Source: Fistulifera solaris
Lineage: Eukaryota
Reading direction: 5' to 3'
Assembly (NCBI GenBank): GCA_030295235.1
Contig: AP026167.1
Coordinates: 248,001 to 312,000 of the forward strand
Length of the DNA stretch: 64,000 bases
In this document: piece after piece, positions 61,766 to 64,000 of the stretch
Layout: every line of letters begins with the position of its first letter
Numbering within the stretch: position 1 is the first letter of the stretch
Notes under the pieces: generated by a model
Databases searched by the model: none
What the model was told of the DNA's origin: nothing
The model's input: only the letters and a program-made list of their open reading frames with translations
Made by a program: the position numbers and the translations under genes

Positions 61766-62556
61766 GATGGTGGATGGTGGGAAGAATGAAGCTTGATTGT
61801 GTTATTGGGAGAGGCGAAAGGCGGCAGGCGGCAGGCAAGAGGCAAGGTGCAAGACAAGAAGTTGGAAGTTGAAACATGGAAATGCAGATTCCTCTAGAAT
61901 GTAAAGGACAACGGGAAATGTGTCGTGGTTCGTGCTCTAGACTGTACTCTGACTATCTTCGTTTAAGGATTTAAAGCAAGTTTTAAAGCGCTCCGACTTC
62001 TGACTCTGACTCAATAAAAACGAGCTAGATAAATAACAATATTTATAGTGAAAAGTAGCTGAGAAATGGATAATTCTTCCTATATACTTATATACCATAC
62101 GAAACTGGAAACCTAGCGGGATGAGGCATGAGGATTGAGGATTGATAATGCTTACTTTATTATTCATCTTTCTTCTCAGTTCAGTTCACTGTTGTGGTGT
62201 ATCTTTTTCTCGTTGGTCCTTTGTCGTTTGTTGTTTGTCGAGCGCAGGACGCTGGAGGTAGGATGCAAGCACTGACTCCGTCTCCTGATGTGCGTCTTAA
62301 GTTTCATGTGCTAAAGCGACCAGGAATAGCTGTATAACTGTGTAGCTAAAAGGAAGAAGTGAACAGTGGAATTACCCAATACAAAATTGTACAACTATAA
62401 ACAGACGATCTCATAGAACTATAGACGACTCCTACCTCCAGAAAGGAATCGAAACTATTTCGTAGCTTTTTTGAATTTCTGAACGCGTGCTTCCTCTCAA
62501 TCAAACAAATTTGGCTATTGGTCAACTTCTCGTCCTTGCCAAAGAACCGTTTTGAC

Positions 62557-63762
62557 ATGAGCTACGGACTGCACTATCCCCTGTGGCTGCTCCACAAGCG
62601 ATTTCCTTTCATCTTCTTAATCCTGATAGCGTTTCACGCTTTTCTTTCGACTTCGTTTCTCGCCAAGCTCTCGAGGGACTACCATTTGCACCTCTTCCGC
62701 TACGAGCCTACTCCGCAAGCTCTCGACCCAAACGCTTCCTTCTCCGCGTGCTTATTAGTCAAAGACGACAATGCTATTCTAAGTGAATGGATCGCGTATC
62801 ATTACCATGTTCTGAGACTGCGGCGACTGATCGTCGCTGTCGATCCAACAAGCACAGATTCACCAGGCGAGATCTTAGAAAGATACAGTCGACTGACGGA
62901 TCTTGAAATCATTCAATGGAAAGACGAAGATTATCTGAGCCCCGATTTCCTTAGAAAACATCAGCCCGTCGAACCGTTCTTGCGAAGGGGGTCCGCCGAT
63001 ACATACTTGTCTCCCGAAAAGATGCGACAAGTCGCGAATCATCGATACCGACAAAGTGCATTTTTCGCCGCTTGTTTGAAGGAAATGAAAGTACGGGGAA
63101 GCTCGTACGTCATTCACATCGACACGGACGAATTTGTGACTACCGAGAATCCCTTCGCGGAAACCAGAGAGGGCGATTTGCACCAAGACAGCGCATCGAC
63201 CGAAGATTCGGTCCTGATGAAAGTACAAAAGCACATTCAAGAAAACAACCACGACTATCCTTGCTACAGCGTATTTCGCGTTCCGTACGGCTCGATAGAA
63301 AGCACGGAGGGACAAGTCAATGCTATGGTTCCACGTAACTTTGACGCCCAGCAATTCGAAACCTTGCGCTGGCGACACCACAGTAGTCCCGAAAAGATGA
63401 TGCTAATCGAACACTATCCCAAAGTGATTGTCGATGTGTCGGTTTTGCCGGCCGAACGGTTGTCGCGAGAAACGGTTTCCAGCATTCATCGTCCGTTCTG
63501 GGATATTTGTGAGCATATTCAGCAACCCGCCGAACATCCGGAGTTATACCGAGACCAAGCCATCGTGATCAATCACTACGTGGGAAGTTGGGAACGATAT
63601 GGCTCCAAGAACGATGATCGACGGAATCAAATGACTTATGAAAGTAGAGCTACGGCGAATGAGGGCGCGTACGATGGCATTAGACCTTGGTTGCAAGATT
63701 TTACCGATGCGATGGGTGTTGCTCGAGCCACAGCTCTTCTGGGAAGTCAATATCAGCGTTAA
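62557..63762 (+). CDS. GT-A fold glycosyltransferase (GT92/GT2-like), type II membrane protein
   Basis: N-terminal TM helix, SACLLVKDDN..L.EWIAYH, IHIDTDEF (DxD), KVIVDVS, INHY.GSWE. Confidence 0.8.
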   Translation: MSYGLHYPLWLLHKRFPFIFLILIAFHAFLSTSFLAKLSRDYHLHLFRYEPTPQALDPNASFSACLLVKDDNAILSEWIAYHYHVLRLRRLIVAVDPTSTDSPGEILERYSRLTDLEIIQWKDEDYLSPDFLRKHQPVEPFLRRGSADTYLSPEKMRQVANHRYRQSAFFAACLKEMKVRGSSYVIHIDTDEFVTTENPFAETREGDLHQDSASTEDSVLMKVQKHIQENNHDYPCYSVFRVPYGSIESTEGQVNAMVPRNFDAQQFETLRWRHHSSPEKMMLIEHYPKVIVDVSVLPAERLSRETVSSIHRPFWDICEHIQQPAEHPELYRDQAIVINHYVGSWERYGSKNDDRRNQMTYESRATANEGAYDGIRPWLQDFTDAMGVARATALLGSQYQR

Positions 63763-64000
63763 ATTTGAATTTGATATTGGGTCTCCGCATCACATTTTGA
63801 TTCATTTTACTTGTAAATAATGTGTAATATTAATTGATGCATCACCAACGCTCAAAAATTTCGCACTACCTGGTAGTGCTGCGTGTTGTTGTTCGAAAAC
63901 TCCGCCTCTTGCCGTGACTCCTCATAGCATTCGTGAGTGACGTCACAGAAACACGCAGAAAAATGAACGCTTGTCGAACCCATTCGGACGACCATGAAAA

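Noticed and set aside
61780..62500. AT-rich tract with a 76-aa ORF next to the MITE
   Set aside because: No domain or repeat boundary could be supported.

Overview
This is gene-dense eukaryotic nuclear DNA, most likely from a diatom. The evidence is short GT-AG introns of about 65-100 bp, very short intergenic spacers, several N-termini of the signal-peptide + 'A/G-F' bipartite plastid-targeting type, a VDR-type de-epoxidase relative and a mevalonate-pathway MVD. The window holds about 35 protein genes: ObgE, RsmB, copine, TLC, RluA, UFD1, MVD, an F-box pair, nitroreductase, ABCB, dynactin p150, Rrp17/NOL12, two RlmN, VDR, a SelD-N-terminal-like flavoprotein, RNase Z, two PDEs, three vWA proteins, LarC, a small HSP, an R3H protein, TrmB, an M32 peptidase, Tipin/Csm3, MCM7, a methyltransferase and a glycosyltransferase. 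It also contains one 5S rRNA gene and a 262-bp MITE with an 8-bp target-site duplication. About 20 single-base frameshifts, mostly in homopolymer runs and including essential genes, point to assembly indel errors. The most notable items are a eukaryotic, His-rich LarC (nickel-pincer cofactor Ni insertase) carrying only the N-terminal half; a stand-alone SelD-N-terminal-type oxidoreductase, probably plastid-targeted, in tandem with VDR; tandem PDEs whose catalytic domain is split by an RRxS-rich insert; a U-box-like/R3H protein; and a head-to-head Tipin-MCM7 pair. All family calls come from motif recognition by eye; no database searches were run.
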